DNA of 63,315 nucleotides, counting the filler, from Hyphochytrium catenoides (lineage: Eukaryota > Protista > Hyphochytriomycota): the NCBI GenBank assembly GCA_900088475.1. It is 10 parts of 10 records of this genome, joined end to end, with 100 filler letters (N's around TTAATTAATTAA, not from the genome) between each part and the next. Parts side by side here need not be neighbours in the genome. Positions count along the whole stretch, not along the records: positions 17,952 to 30,537 come from FLMG01002927.1; positions 30,638 to 39,124 come from FLMG01004295.1; 8 more parts are not named here. The stretch is one strand, 5' to 3'. Shown here one piece after another: positions 25,950-38,229 of this stretch. Each line of letters begins with the position of its first letter. Positions within the stretch are counted from its first letter, which is position 1. The position numbers were made by a program, and so were the translations under genes. The notes beneath the pieces are model-generated. The model had not been told where the DNA came from and ran no database searches. It saw only the letters and a list, made by a program, of their open reading frames with translations.

Positions 25950-27046
25950 CCTTTTTATTCACCGATTACTAGTTATGGGTCCTCAGCGTATCTGATGCTC
26001 CGAGGATGTTGGTGGGATGTTCAAGGTAATTGTCCTCTGAATAATCGTTTTCATGCTTGCTTCGGAGCATTGTTTCTAAAGAGCACTTCGCCTTCTCCAT
26101 GAGACCAGCTGAACAAGGACAAGTCATCCCAACTGCCAGCAGCCTCAGCGAATGAAGCTCAGACGATAAACAGCCTTTCCATTCCCATCTTTCCTTCTTA
26201 TCACAGTCTCCAAGGCGGTCTGGTCTCCAGACTCCATCCAGTTCTTCAACCTCAGCTTCAGCTTCCACAAAATCTCTCAAATCTTTCCACCCATCAGAAA
26301 CTCGGGCCATCAAGATTTTGGCGATAATCGAAGTAAGGTTACCATAGAACAAAAGTATTGACTAGTAATCGCCGACAATACCACTTGCTTGGGAACTTAA
26401 ACCTACTGAATCTTTTATCTTCTAGTTATCGAACCTTTGACGGTGATGTGATTTTGGCAAATGCATTTGTACTTTCGCGGGAAATATCGTTCAAAGAGGG
26501 GCATCCAGGACACTCATCTCACCATTGTTGACAGTTTCTAGTTCTAGTTAAGATGGGAAAGGGACAACAGCAGCACCAGCAGCAGGAGCGGCAGCGGCGT
26601 AGGAGCAGCAGCACCAGCGCCAGAGAGAGCAACATATACAGAGCGCAGTGATCTGGCAGGCATTGGCTTTTCAAGGAGGCTGAGGAGGAGGCAATGACAG
26701 CAAGCTTGAGCTGCCCTGGAAGAACTCTTAGCTCGTGAGCACCATTCTGGCCTCTTAGTCCTAGACCGGCCTCTCGACAAGTGGAGAAGCAAGAAGAGAT
26801 TCCATTTATATAACTCTCCCTTGGAGGAAGTCTGCATTAAGGTGAGAAGCTGAACTCTTCATGAGGATAGGCCGCCCGCACCCGTTCCCCCACAGCCTGA
26901 AGTATTCCCTATGGAGGTCACTGCCCGTTGGTTAGGGAAATCAACTTCACGAAGACGCCTAGGTTGCTTACCCCGCATGTGCCTCTGTATAGTTCGCTCA
27001 ACAACTTATTCCACCAGCAACTGGTGGTTTTGCACAAGTTAGAATC

Positions 27047-29694
27047 ATGACTTCATCTCAGTCAGAAGCAGGACCGCGAGCTAAGCGGACAAGAGTGGAA
27101 GCTCCTGCTGTACGTTGACTTTACATCGCTTCATCAGGCCTCCTTGTAATCCTGCGGTCTTTCTAATGTTCCTCTCTCCTTACAAACGCTCTTTGTTATT
27201 ACTCCCTGTACTAACTCTGCGGTTTGCAGTCTTCACCTCAGGAGCCTCTATCCCAGCTCCAGGAGCTCACGCAGCTGGTTGAGGAGAAACATCTCTCCGG
27301 TATTTCTCAAGAGGAAATGACACAAGAGATCGAAGCGAGCCTTAGAAAGAAGCAGCGGAAAGTAAGCTGTGTCCTCATCTAGTTCCTTTCCGTCTTTCTT
27401 CCTCTCTTCTTCGATAATCCTTCGCTCACACCGGAGCATCGTTAAAGGTGATGCACGCCAGTGGGCAGACAGATGCAGAGCGACGGCTTATCAGAGAGGC
27501 TAGCAGAAAGCTAAACGCGCAGATCAAAGGTGGGAGCCCACTCTTCACTTGGCAGAATCTCTCTTCTGACATGGGAACACTTTGCTCTCTTCTATTTGTC
27601 CTCCTGCTCGGTTAGCGATGAACCATCAAATCGGCGATCCAACGAAGACGGCGTTCACAGAGTCAGCCTACAAGCTCTCAATGATCTACAATGAGAGTAA
27701 GTTCCACCTTTACCTCTAAGAACTTGTCGCTCTCTTTTCTGCTGGTGCTATCTCGCTCGTCCTTATGGCCTCTGATCACCAATTATGACTTCTTTATAGT
27801 TAACTTCCCTAGAGAGGCCAACCTGGATGCTGAGAACCTCCGTGACGTCTCGGTTTATTTCAAACGCCAGACCTGTGCTCTGGGAGATTCTGACCTCACC
27901 AAGGTGGCGCCCTGACTCTTCTACCTCCTATATCGGTCACCATCCCTATCCTTGACGCTCTGGTCGCCCCTCTCTCTGTGCATCGTAGTCGCCCCTCCAC
28001 AGCTTAGCCACAATGTGACGATATGTGTGCAGCCTGTCGGTTAACCCTACCTCAAACAAACAACACTGACTTTGTCTCTCTATCCAAATTGTCAGTTTGA
28101 CCCCGATGACTTCTTGGCCAAGGTGCATCAGAACAGCCACTTCACTATCTCCCGGTCGGATCGGAGCAAGACCATCAACTGGACTGCCCTAGGCACAGCG
28201 CTCGCGCCCTGCTTCCGGAGCATTCCAGAGATCTCATTTATGTTAGCGCGGCTCCATCCTTCTTTTCCTAATATCTGCAGTCTGCACTTTCTACCCTTCT
28301 TCCATCACATTGTTCCATGAAGAGGCACACTATAGTTTCTTACGGTTCCATCACCTATCAATTGTGTTCCGTACATTGGTACATTCCAACGGTTCCGTCA
28401 CCATCATAGCCCTTCTCACTTTTCTCGGTCTTCCTTTGAGTAGGTTGGGGCCTTTCGAGGTTGAAGTGCAGGCAAAGGAGAAAAGACAGCGGCAGAAGGT
28501 GCAGAAAGAGGTGTTCGAGGAGACCGCGCCGGATGAGGTGAAGATCACGAAGGTTTGTAACGCAAAGAGACTCAATCAAGGTTATCTGAGTGCTGTGTGT
28601 ATAAGGTTAACAGGCTCACTCCCTTCAAGGCCATCCTTTGATCCGCCCCCTTGCCGGGCTTCCTCTTCGTGTAGCATTCTCCTCTGTGTTTGGCGTTTAA
28701 GAAGGTCTCACTCGGCTACGTGTCGGCTTGCCGTGCTCTTCCATGGATTCTGTAGAAAGATAAGAAGCAGCTTCAGGAGCGTCGGATTAACGTCCTTACC
28801 AAGGTCATGAAGGAGGAGTGTCCAGGCCCTAGTAAGGCAATGAACTTCTTCCCTCTCTTTGCCAACGCGAACAGTTTTTCCCAGGTATGACCCGCTTTAG
28901 TAGAGGGAAAGAGGTCTCCTATAGAAAGTGGGTGCATAGTCTTTGCTATCCCTACCGAGCTGGTCACCAAGATGGCATAGGATGGAGGTGACGCACGGTT
29001 GAGGGAGCCTGAGGCAGTAGAAGAGACATTCATTTGGTTCACTAGCCCAGCACAGCGAAAGTTTTACAGACAGTAGTCGAACGAACTCGAGAGCCCTCTG
29101 TGTTTTTGTTCCTAACCTTCTCTCTTTATAGACTGTAGAAAATGCCTTTGACCTTGCTTTCTTGGCCAAGGAGGGCGTCGCGGCGATAAATCTAGATGAA
29201 GACGGTTTACCAGTCGTTTGTACGTCTTTAAAGAAGAATCGTTGCGACTTCCTTAAGATCCTTTCGTTCTCTTTCTGTCAGCTTGCTGCTCTGCGCTAGG
29301 GTCAGTCCCTAGTACTAATGAAGACTGAGTGGTATCTCTCATATTAATGGCCAATTTTTACCCCCAGATGCAACCAAAGCTCCTGCTGAACAGAAGCTGA
29401 AGACCAAAGCTTTCGTGATGCGGTTGGACATGGAGACTCTAGAGGTCCCCAGTACTCCTGTCTTCTTTCTAAAGACTACTAGCTCTATATACCCTCATGG
29501 TTGACTAACTGTATCCCTTCTCTTCTCCGTTCTCCACCTAGCCTACTCCTCCTTAACGAGTCCTCAGTAGCCTAATCACTGACAGCCTATCTTCCCTGCG
29601 GCAGAGGGTAACGGAGACTTATGGCATCACGCAGCCGCTTGTGGGGACTAGGAAGGAAAACGAGGCAGAGGTGGCAATGTCTCAAGCAGACTAG
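27047..29694 (+). CDS. NSE4: NSE4/EID kleisin subunit of the Smc5/6 complex, about 11 exons
   Basis: Exons give QTDAERRLIR, NFPREANLDAE, FDPDDFL...INWTALG...CFRSIPEISFMLGP, and the Nse4_C motif MNFFPLFANANSFSQ|TVENAFDLAFLAKEG...GLPVV, FVMRLDME, YGITQPLV; stop TAG 29692-29694. Confidence 0.9.
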
Positions 29695-29934
29695 CCAGAG
29701 AGGATCGTGGATCAAAAATTTAAGGAGAAGCAGAACCTCCCTGGATTAATAAGACAGAAAGGGAGGGACCGAAGGCGAAAGCGTTGCCATGTATATACAT
29801 ACACTGTCAAGTTATAAACGTAATACATGCAGAGCAATACTCTGATATCTATCATTGGCCTCTGTCTCCCTCATTTCTCTTTGAGCTTTCTTATAGCTAG
29901 CATCCTGCGGCCTTCTTTCCTGTCATGAGGTACT

Positions 29935-30340
29935 CTATGGGCCTCTCTCACTCTTCTCCACCCCTGTTTCCCCTGAGCCTCCATTCGGCCGCAGTCGCGA
30001 GGAGGTCTCTCCTCTCCCTCGGGTCCAGATCTTGTGTACCCTCCTCGTCCCCTCCATCATCCAGCATTGAATCATCTAACGTCTCCTAGGTAGAAGAACA
30101 ATCGTTAGCGACTGAGAGATAGAAGACTAAGGGGGGCAGCGGGGCACAGGAGAAATGCAAGAGAACAGTGCGGCGGTGGCTCACACCTTTCCCGTGACTA
30201 GAGCCTTGAGATCTGCTAATGTTATGGCTTCATTATCCTTCTTGGGCGCCCGCCACCGCTCGAGGCCCTGAGACAATGAGCGCGCTCTCCTTTGCTCAAG
30301 TTCGTAAATTCTCTCTTCGATGGTGCCTTCTACCAGGAAC
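29935..30340 (-). CDS. 3' end (last two exons) of a SNF2-family helicase, SHPRH/RAD5/RAD16 type
   Basis: Exon 30340-30187 RFLVEGTIEERIYELEQRR...EAITLADLKALV matches the post-HELICc 'RFxxxxTIEERI...LTxxDLxxL' tail of this subfamily. Exon 30085-29935 is an acidic tail ending in TAG. The rest lies beyond the contig end. Confidence 0.72.
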
Positions 30341-30637
30341 CTTGGGTGGAGAGGGGGGAAGCGTAGCGTTAAGACCTTTCGAAGTATCCCAGGAGCTTTT
30401 CTGAGAGTCCAAGCGAGAGCTTTTCGACAGTGGCGTAAGGTGTGGCAGACAATATGCTAACCCATAGGTCACTTTAAAGAGTACGAAGAGAGCGACCGAG
30501 GAAGAACGAAAGAGAGAAAGAAAGAGCAAGAGAGGGANNNNNNNNNNNNNNNNNNNNNNNNNNNNNNNNNNNNNNNNNNNNTTAATTAATTAANNNNNNN
30601 NNNNNNNNNNNNNNNNNNNNNNNNNNNNNNNNNNNNN

Positions 30638-31383
30638 GAGAAAGTTGCTTGTCTTGATGTCTCTGGAGAGAAGAAGGAGAGAAGCAGAGCAATAAGTGAG
30701 AATCAGAAGAAGGAGAGAGAACAAGAGAGACTGGTGCTGAGAGCATGAAAGAAGTTGAAAGACGAGAGATAAATGAGTGGATGACAGATGGCAGATAGAT
30801 AAAGGGAGAGAGAGGAGAGAGAGAGAAGGAAGAGTTTGAGAGAGAGAGACTGCTCAGTTCTTCTTGGTATTACCTGTGGAGGAATGGCTGGTCAAACGAA
30901 TGCATGTAAGCCACTGCGCGACAGGCGTGGGTCCAGGCTTTCATCTTCATAGCCACGTCCCACCTAAGAAGAGCGACAAAGTCCAAATATTATGTTCCGC
31001 CTTAACAATTCCTCTTCTCTGATTAAGCCTTCTCTCTCTATTCTAGAGCTACGCCTTTCTGCACTGCTGCATCCCCCCATAGGGCGCTCTCTCTCCTCTT
31101 TCTCTGTCTGTCGATATCCTGATCGTTTGCCCTTGCTCTTCTCCGTGGCCTATGTTCTCTCTTTTCCGTTCTCCCTTAGTCAGACGTCACAAGGCACGTA
31201 CTTGCAGTCTGTAGTGAGCACATTGTCCAAGCTGCTGTACTCACAGTACTCGAACACTAAGGCGATACAGGGTGGGCAAACACAGAGGCCTAGACAACAT
31301 ACCACATAAGCAAGGGAGAAGAAGAAAAGGTGAGGGAGAGAGAGAAAGAGAGAGAGAGAGAGAGAAAAAGAAAAAACTAAAAA

Positions 31384-31419
<36 letters not shown>

Positions 31420-31706
31420 GAGCGTAACTGAAAGCGCTGCCAACGATGAGTCGTTAAAGAAATCACGAAATTTCACAAAGCAAACAATGGACATTCTCAA
31501 GAAACTAACACGACCGAAAGGGAGGCGAACGCCGTGCAGCTCTTGCACACGCGAAAGAGAAAAGAGGAAAGCAAGAGAGACGAAAAGAGGAAAATAAGAG
31601 GAAAAAAGCGCTCAGATTTGCAAAGGCAGAGAACTGGAGCACAGCCTAAGCAAAGATCACTCAAGGCAGAGGAGACAGAGAATGAGGTAGGAAACACAAG
31701 AAAGAA

Positions 31707-31737
<31 letters not shown>

Positions 31738-34700
31738 CAGACAGACAGACAGAAAGAAAGAGCCTTGAAGCCCAGGAGGAGAAATTTGGCTGACTTTACC
31801 ATAGAAATGTACAAGATTTGGGTGCTCTAGATATTTGTGGAGTGCTGTTTCCTTAGAGAATCGCGCGATATCTTCCTGATTGACTTCCAACTGCATATAA
31901 ACCTTGATAGCCACCGCTCTGTCTCGATAGAGTCCTTTGTACACGACTGCAGTGGCACCTTGCCCAATAACGGACAGGAGAGTTACCTGGGAATTGTTCA
32001 GCACATTCTGTTTGTGTGACAAAATTTGTGTGACAAAGAGAGAGACAGAAGAACAGAAAGAGAGAGAGAGAGAGACAGACAGAGAGATCGAGCGGGAGAA
32101 GGATTGAAGGTCAGTAACTTTTTTGAAAATTACTTGTCGCAGGTTCATGACAGCTGGAAGAGAAGAAGGGGAGCCAAGAGCAACGTTGAGAAGCATATAA
32201 GGCGAGAAGTTTGGGGCAAGTGGGCATAGGTTCATATATTTTGAGATCACAAGATTGCTTGAGGGAGAAAGAGAGGAGAAAAGAGAGAGTAAAGGGACAG
32301 GAGAGAGTGAAAGAATGGAAAAAGCGGAGAGCGAAAGATGGCGAGAAACTACTTAAAAGTTGACAGGGAACAGAGGGAGAGAAGGACGAGAGCGCAGGTA
32401 AGTAGAATGAAGAACGGCATGCCCACTAACAGCGCGGAGAGAGAGAAGAGGAGAAAATTGATCGCGAAGCTTCCACCTTTCTGTGCTCCTCTATCATATA
32501 ATGGACGTCATACACTGACACCAGCGTTGAAAAAGCTGAGTTCTGTCCTATCTGTAGCGGCTGCACAAAGATACATGGGGCCAGTGAGGGAGAAAGGCTA
32601 AGAAGAAGACGACGGGACGGAGTGCATGGAAAAGGAAGAGAAGGCATTTTGTCTTCTCACCTCTCCCTGGCCGTTTCTTGCGGGCCAGTCGTTTTTAGAG
32701 AGCTCAATGCCTAGCCAATACTTTGTGTCCGCCTGTGGATACAGAAATAGAGAGATGAGCACAGTGTAGAGGTAAAGCCGAGCCACACATGCGGTTCAGG
32801 AAAGAAATATAGGGACGCGGGGAGAGAGAGAAAGAGAGCGAGCGAATGAGCGCGAAAGATTAAGCAGAGGGTATAAGAACGCAAACACATTGGGATGAAG
32901 AAGAAAGAAAGCGAAACCCCGACAGAGAGATAGAGACGCTAGAAAAAGAGAAGAACAAGAGACAAGAGGGATTTAAAGAAACCTTGTCCTTACCCATAGA
33001 GTCGCATACGTTAACAATGGAAAGAAGCTCAATAGGAGGAGAAGAGCTTCCAATAGCAGGAAGAGGGGGTCATCGATCACGATCCGAAGCATGAAATAGC
33101 TGCCGCGGGGAGAGAGAGAGAGCGAGACACAAAAGGAGAAAAGAGAGGCGATCACAGTCTCAGTAAGGCCAGACTGAGACCTGCGCATTGAAGGTCCGCT
33201 AGGAGTAGTAGCAAAGGAAACCGCGACCGCTTCGCAGGGAGAAGAGGGAAAACAGCGGGCAAAAAGAAACAGAAAAGAGAGGGGAATGACAGGCAGAAGG
33301 AGAATTGCGAAGATCGCTGCGTGATCGTCACATCGTTTTCTACTGACAACATCTTTGAATGGCATTGTTCCTTTCCTCTTCCGCCTTACCAGAGTGCTCC
33401 CAATTGGAAAAGGGTCGAGTGTGTCGCATAAACTCTGAAGGACGCGCGGCCAATTTTGAGCTGTACGAGAGCGATGAAAGAGAAGAGGACGCCTGCCCAG
33501 AAAGAAAAGTTTGCACCGTCTTCCAGTCCACTCTCGAGAGGGAGAAAGGTCGTTGCCACTTGGAAGAGTACAAAGACCAACATCCCTAGTGGCGGAAAGA
33601 AGTAGCCATTAGGCCCTAGGCGGACGGATGGAGCTAACTGTCGAGATGCGGGATAGTAACAGATACAGAGCAAGAGAGAGAGACACAGAGAGAGCGGGGA
33701 GAGAAGGAAAACCCTACTCAAATAGGTAGTAGTAGGAACCATAAAGAAAGCCACCCTAAAAATAGGAGTACGTACCGCACGCTGAATAGAGTGATGACCG
33801 GAGGATGGCCATGCCTGCCACACTCCGCTAACGAGAAAAGGTTGAGAATAAGAGGGAGAGAACGAGAGTGAGCGGGGAGACAGAGAGAGAGGAGAAGGGC
33901 GAGAACCAAAGGATCAAAGCCAAGTTCAACAACACTAAAGAAAACCCAGAGAAATTGCATCGTAATGAAGGTGGTGGTGACACACATACACAGAGAAAGA
34001 GAGACCCACAAAAACCCAGGCTCTCCAGTTCGTTTTTTCTCTCTCTCTCTCTCTGGACATATTCAGAAGCTTTGCTTTCTTACCTGCAAGAGCAACATGG
34101 GGACGGCGAGCAGCGACCAGACAGAGGGAGCAAGGAGGAACATGCAGCTGGGCTTGTCTTCTAAGTCTAAGATAAAGCTGGCCGCCTCCTTCACTGGCAC
34201 TATGGAGGCCAGGAGAAGACATATCGCCAGGCCACAGAGAGAAATGAACTGCAGAACCCATAGCATTGGCTCATAACAGGGAAGAATCACTGGAGCAAGA
34301 AAGATGAGGTGTGCAACGGGAGCAAGGAGAAGACATGCAGGAAGAGAGAGGAAAGAGGAGTTGCAGAAGGGACAGGGGAAAGCCAGCAAGGGGGGCGCAA
34401 ACAGAAAAAGCGTTAGGGGAGAAGAAGGAATCCCATCGTCTTCCTCTCTCTCTCTGTTTCCTCCTGTCTTTCTGTTCCTCCTCCAATTTAGTTACTCTCC
34501 TTCTCGCCTCACTCTCTTCTCCATCTCTGTCCCTGTCTCCGTCTATGGGGTTTCTTCCTTCTCTGTCGCTCCTCCCTCTCCCACTTTGCTCTGCCTCTCT
34601 CCGTTTAGTCCACTCTTACCGTGTCCCTTGTCACTGGTGACCGATGAGAATGCGAGTCTTAGTTTGATAAGCACAAGCATGTACATCAAGGTCACAAAGG

Positions 34701-36640
34701 CGTAGGAGCAGATCGCACTCAACGCCACACTGTGAAGCCCGTAGATCGTAGAGCCTACATCGTGCGAACAGGGCGAGAGAGAGAGAGAGAGACATAGAGG
34801 GGGAGACAGAGGGAAAGACAGAGGGAGCGACAGGGCGACGGCGATGACGTAAGTGAAAAAGGAGATGGAACGCAGTAAGAGAAAGGGTAAAAGAGAACGC
34901 GCTGTGTATGCGTGACACTCAAGGGTAGGCGGAAGAGGAAGCAGGAAGCGCTCATCCATGTACCCAACGGAACAGTATGTTCGAAGAGAGTGGAAGAGAA
35001 GGTGAGAAAGAGAGAGAGAATATGAGGGAAGAATAGATAGACATAGAGAAATAAGAAACGTCTTTCAGGGTGCCTCGGATCAATGGCTTTAGCCTACTGA
35101 GTATCTTCTTCACTTACTCTCCAAGACGTCCACCTGAGAGTCAAAATTCTCCATATTGTTCAGGTTCGGGTTGCAAGAGAGAAGGAGGACGGAAGAGCTG
35201 CGGAGATTGGAAGTGACAGTCCAGATTGACGAGACAGAAAAAAGAAGGAGCACGAAGATGACATTGACGAAGAAGAGAAGGGTATAGAAGCCTAGTCCGC
35301 TCCACCAGCAGCAGGATCTCCACAGGCTGTGTAACCTTCTACTCAAGAACCATGAGAAAGAAACAGAGAAAGACATGTCAGACGTCAAAGGAGAGACATT
35401 CAGCCATAGACGTCGAGAAATGGGAAACATAGGCATAGAAGACACCAGAGAGGGGGATCTTACAAGACTCCCATACACCGGAGAAAGAGAGAAAGAAAGC
35501 ACCAAAGGGAAAGGGAATACACTATAACGAAGGATCTAACTAAGGAAGAAGAGAGAGGCATAGAGGGAGAGAGAAAGTCCTCCTCTTACTTTTTCCGGCG
35601 CCGCCGTGGGTTATTCTCCGTGGTCTCGTGCGCTTCTATAGGTCCTGATAGGTGCGGCTCGATGGCGGTTGCATAACGAGAGTCTCTTCCTTTTACCGCG
35701 TGGCTCTTCAGCGCGGCACTGCCTTTCTTCTCAGTGCTTGAATATCCCTCGAGAGGCGAGCGGCTGGAGAGAGAAAGAGGGAGGAATATAAAAGGAGGGA
35801 GAAAGGAGAGACGTGGGCGAGGATGAGAACCAGAAGACAGTCACGACGTGCGCCAGGGATAGACAGATGCCAAAGGTGGGGAGGTGAAGGGAGAGATAGA
35901 GGAGGAATAAAAAAAGAAAGAGAAAAGAGAGACGTGGGCGAGGATGAGAACCAGAAGACAGTCACGACGTGCGCCAGGCAAAAGACAGAGGCCAAAGGTG
36001 AGGAGCTGAAGAGAGAGATAGAGGAAGAGAAGAGAAAATGCCACCGTAGCTCCCATGTTGATATGGGTTCAGACTTAAAGGCGAGAGACTGAAACGAGAG
36101 AGAAGAGAGAATAGTCGAGAGAGAGAAAGAGGAGACAATAGGAAGAGATAGCGGACGAGAGAGCTTGGCCCAACCTTTCTAAATCTGTCCTAACCGAGTT
36201 GACAATAACTGTGCTCTGGCTAGAGTGAGAGGAGTCCTCTCCTCTCTCTCTCCCTCTCTCTCTCTGCTCATCAGGAAGAGAGAAGTGCTGTTCAGGACTC
36301 CATTCTGCGATGATGGACGCAGAAGAGAGAACGCTATTTGTGCTTGGAGTGACAAAGGCCGCGCCTTGAAGTGAATCGTAGCGGATGGATCCTAGAAAGC
36401 AGAGAGAGGAGTTATGAGATCGTTGAAAATAATGGCGAGAGAAAAGACAGAGGAGGGTGACGAGAAGGAGAGAAGAGAGACTATCCTACAGAAGTGAGGC
36501 AACCTAGACAAGAAGAGAACAGGAGAGAGACGAAAGGAGGGACAGACAGAGAGACTGAAGAAGAGAGGAGAGAAGAAGGCTGTTGAGCCCAAGGGGAGCA
36601 TTAGAGCCAACAGACCTGGAAATCTTTCCAGGCGGAGATG

Positions 36641-36676
<36 letters not shown>

Positions 36677-37108
36677 GAGCAACCGAAGAGTAACATATTA
36701 AGGTCTGAAGAGAGGCAGCACCTGCAGATTCACATCGCAGGCGCATCTCCGCAGAGGAGAGAGAGCGCGAGCCATAGTTCCGGCGTGAAGAGTTCGACTG
36801 GACGCTTCCATAAGGCGTCTCTGTACCATGAGATAGGCAAAGCATCCACGTTAGACACAGAGAGGAAGAGCACGAATAAGAGAAGAAACACAGTGCGCGC
36901 TGGTGGTGGCGTGGAGAGAGAGAGAGAGAGAGAAAGAGAGAGGGAGAGAGAGAGAGGGAGCGTAAGAGAGAGAGGATAGGAAGAGAAAGAGAAAAGGAGG
37001 GATGCCGGTAGTCTTACCAAGGTTGGGAAAGTACGAGGAATTGCTGGAGAATGGCGTAGTTCCCTCCAGTTCCTGAAGATAAACAACGTTCAGACTCTTT
37101 TGATCCAT
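30638..37108 (-). CDS. Multi-pass (7TM plus one extra TM) receptor-like TKL protein kinase, 3' truncated
   Basis: About 17 phase-consistent exons from MDQKSLNVVY (37108). Hydrophobic block VILPCYEPMLW...LLLQ|RSVAGMAILRS...RASFRVYA...PLLTYATLW|ADTKYWLG, then kinase motifs IGQGATAVVYKG, VAIK, HPNLVHFYG, LVFEYC, AVAYMHS, LHR|DIKTSNFL at the contig edge. Confidence 0.88.
35770..36030. repeat. Intronic tandem duplication with a 121-bp period
   Basis: Identical 52-bp core GAGAGACGTGGGCGAGGATGAGAACCAGAAGACAGTCACGACGTGCGCCAGG at 35806-35857 and 35927-35978, with diverged flanks. Confidence 0.9.
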
Positions 37109-37307
37109 TCTGTGCTCTCTTTGTCTCTTCTTCTCTCTCTTCTTTCCCCTCTCTCAGCGTTTGATGCATCCCTCATCGCCTCTTTCCAACTAGTTTTTTG
37201 CATCTTCTCTTCTCGTGCTTTCCCCTTACGATGGCAGTAGTCCCTGCACTTTAGCATTCTTTCTTTCCACATCTGGCTCTCTTCAAGCTTCCTTCCTCTA
37301 TAAGCTC

Positions 37308-37343
<36 letters not shown>

Positions 37344-38116
37344 TTACCTCTGGATTGAGGTTGCTCATGGTGTTCTGGGGTTATCAGAGCGCTTCCGAGC
37401 TCATGATTTCCGGACCACATTGACAGCCCATTGCGAAAGACGGACAACGGAGCGAGAAGAGAAAGGGGCTCCAGTTGCCATTCTAGCCCATCTCCTCTCT
37501 CTCCACTGCCTAGTTTCCTGCTTCAGAGCTTGTTTCTCTCTCTCTGTCTACGTGGACAGCCGAGGAAAGCCTCGGCAATTGCAAATAACAGAAGATGACA
37601 GGAGAAGAGGGAAAGAGAGACTCTCTTTGGAGCGATTTCCCAGGAGGGAGAGAAGACGACAAAGCTCAAGAGGAATAGATACAGAGGACACTCAAGCTTC
37701 GACAGAGCGATACAGAAAGACCTTGACAGAGAAAGAGAGAGAAAGAGAAAACATCTCCGAGAGAGAGGACCAATGGGGTTGGCTCTAACCGCGCAGTACT
37801 GGTGACCGCCGATTGATTATAGAGAGAAAGGCAGGCGAAGTGAATGTAGAAAGAGACAAAGACCAAGCGGCAGAGGGCTATCGCTGGTGATGTGGTAAGG
37901 TTTTAGTCTACAAACTGGTAGAGTAGAAGAGGAGAACGGAGAAGAGAGAGAGAGAGAGAAATCGGAGAAAGAAGAAACATTCTAAAGGTCAGGCCCTCTT
38001 TTAGGACCGCAGGAGGGCTGATCAAGCTTCTTGAGACCCGACAGAGACGGAGCGGCAGGAGGAGCAGAGAGAAGACAGACGACATGAAAGGAAAGAGGAA
38101 ACAGAAGAGAGAGAGC

Positions 38117-38149
<33 letters not shown>

Positions 38150-38190
38150 GGAGAGAGAGAAAGAGGGAGAGAAAGAGAGAGAGAAAGAGG

Positions 38191-38229
<39 letters not shown>

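Noticed and set aside
29935-30700. Helicase tail as the C-terminus of the TM kinase (both on the minus strand)
   Set aside because: They are separated by the linker at 30538-30637 and lie on different contigs.
33730-33780. Apparent 20-25-nt micro-intron or in-frame stop in the kinase gene
   Set aside because: A canonical longer intron (SAC|GMLVFVLF, acceptor near 33586) restores the frame; no recoding is needed.
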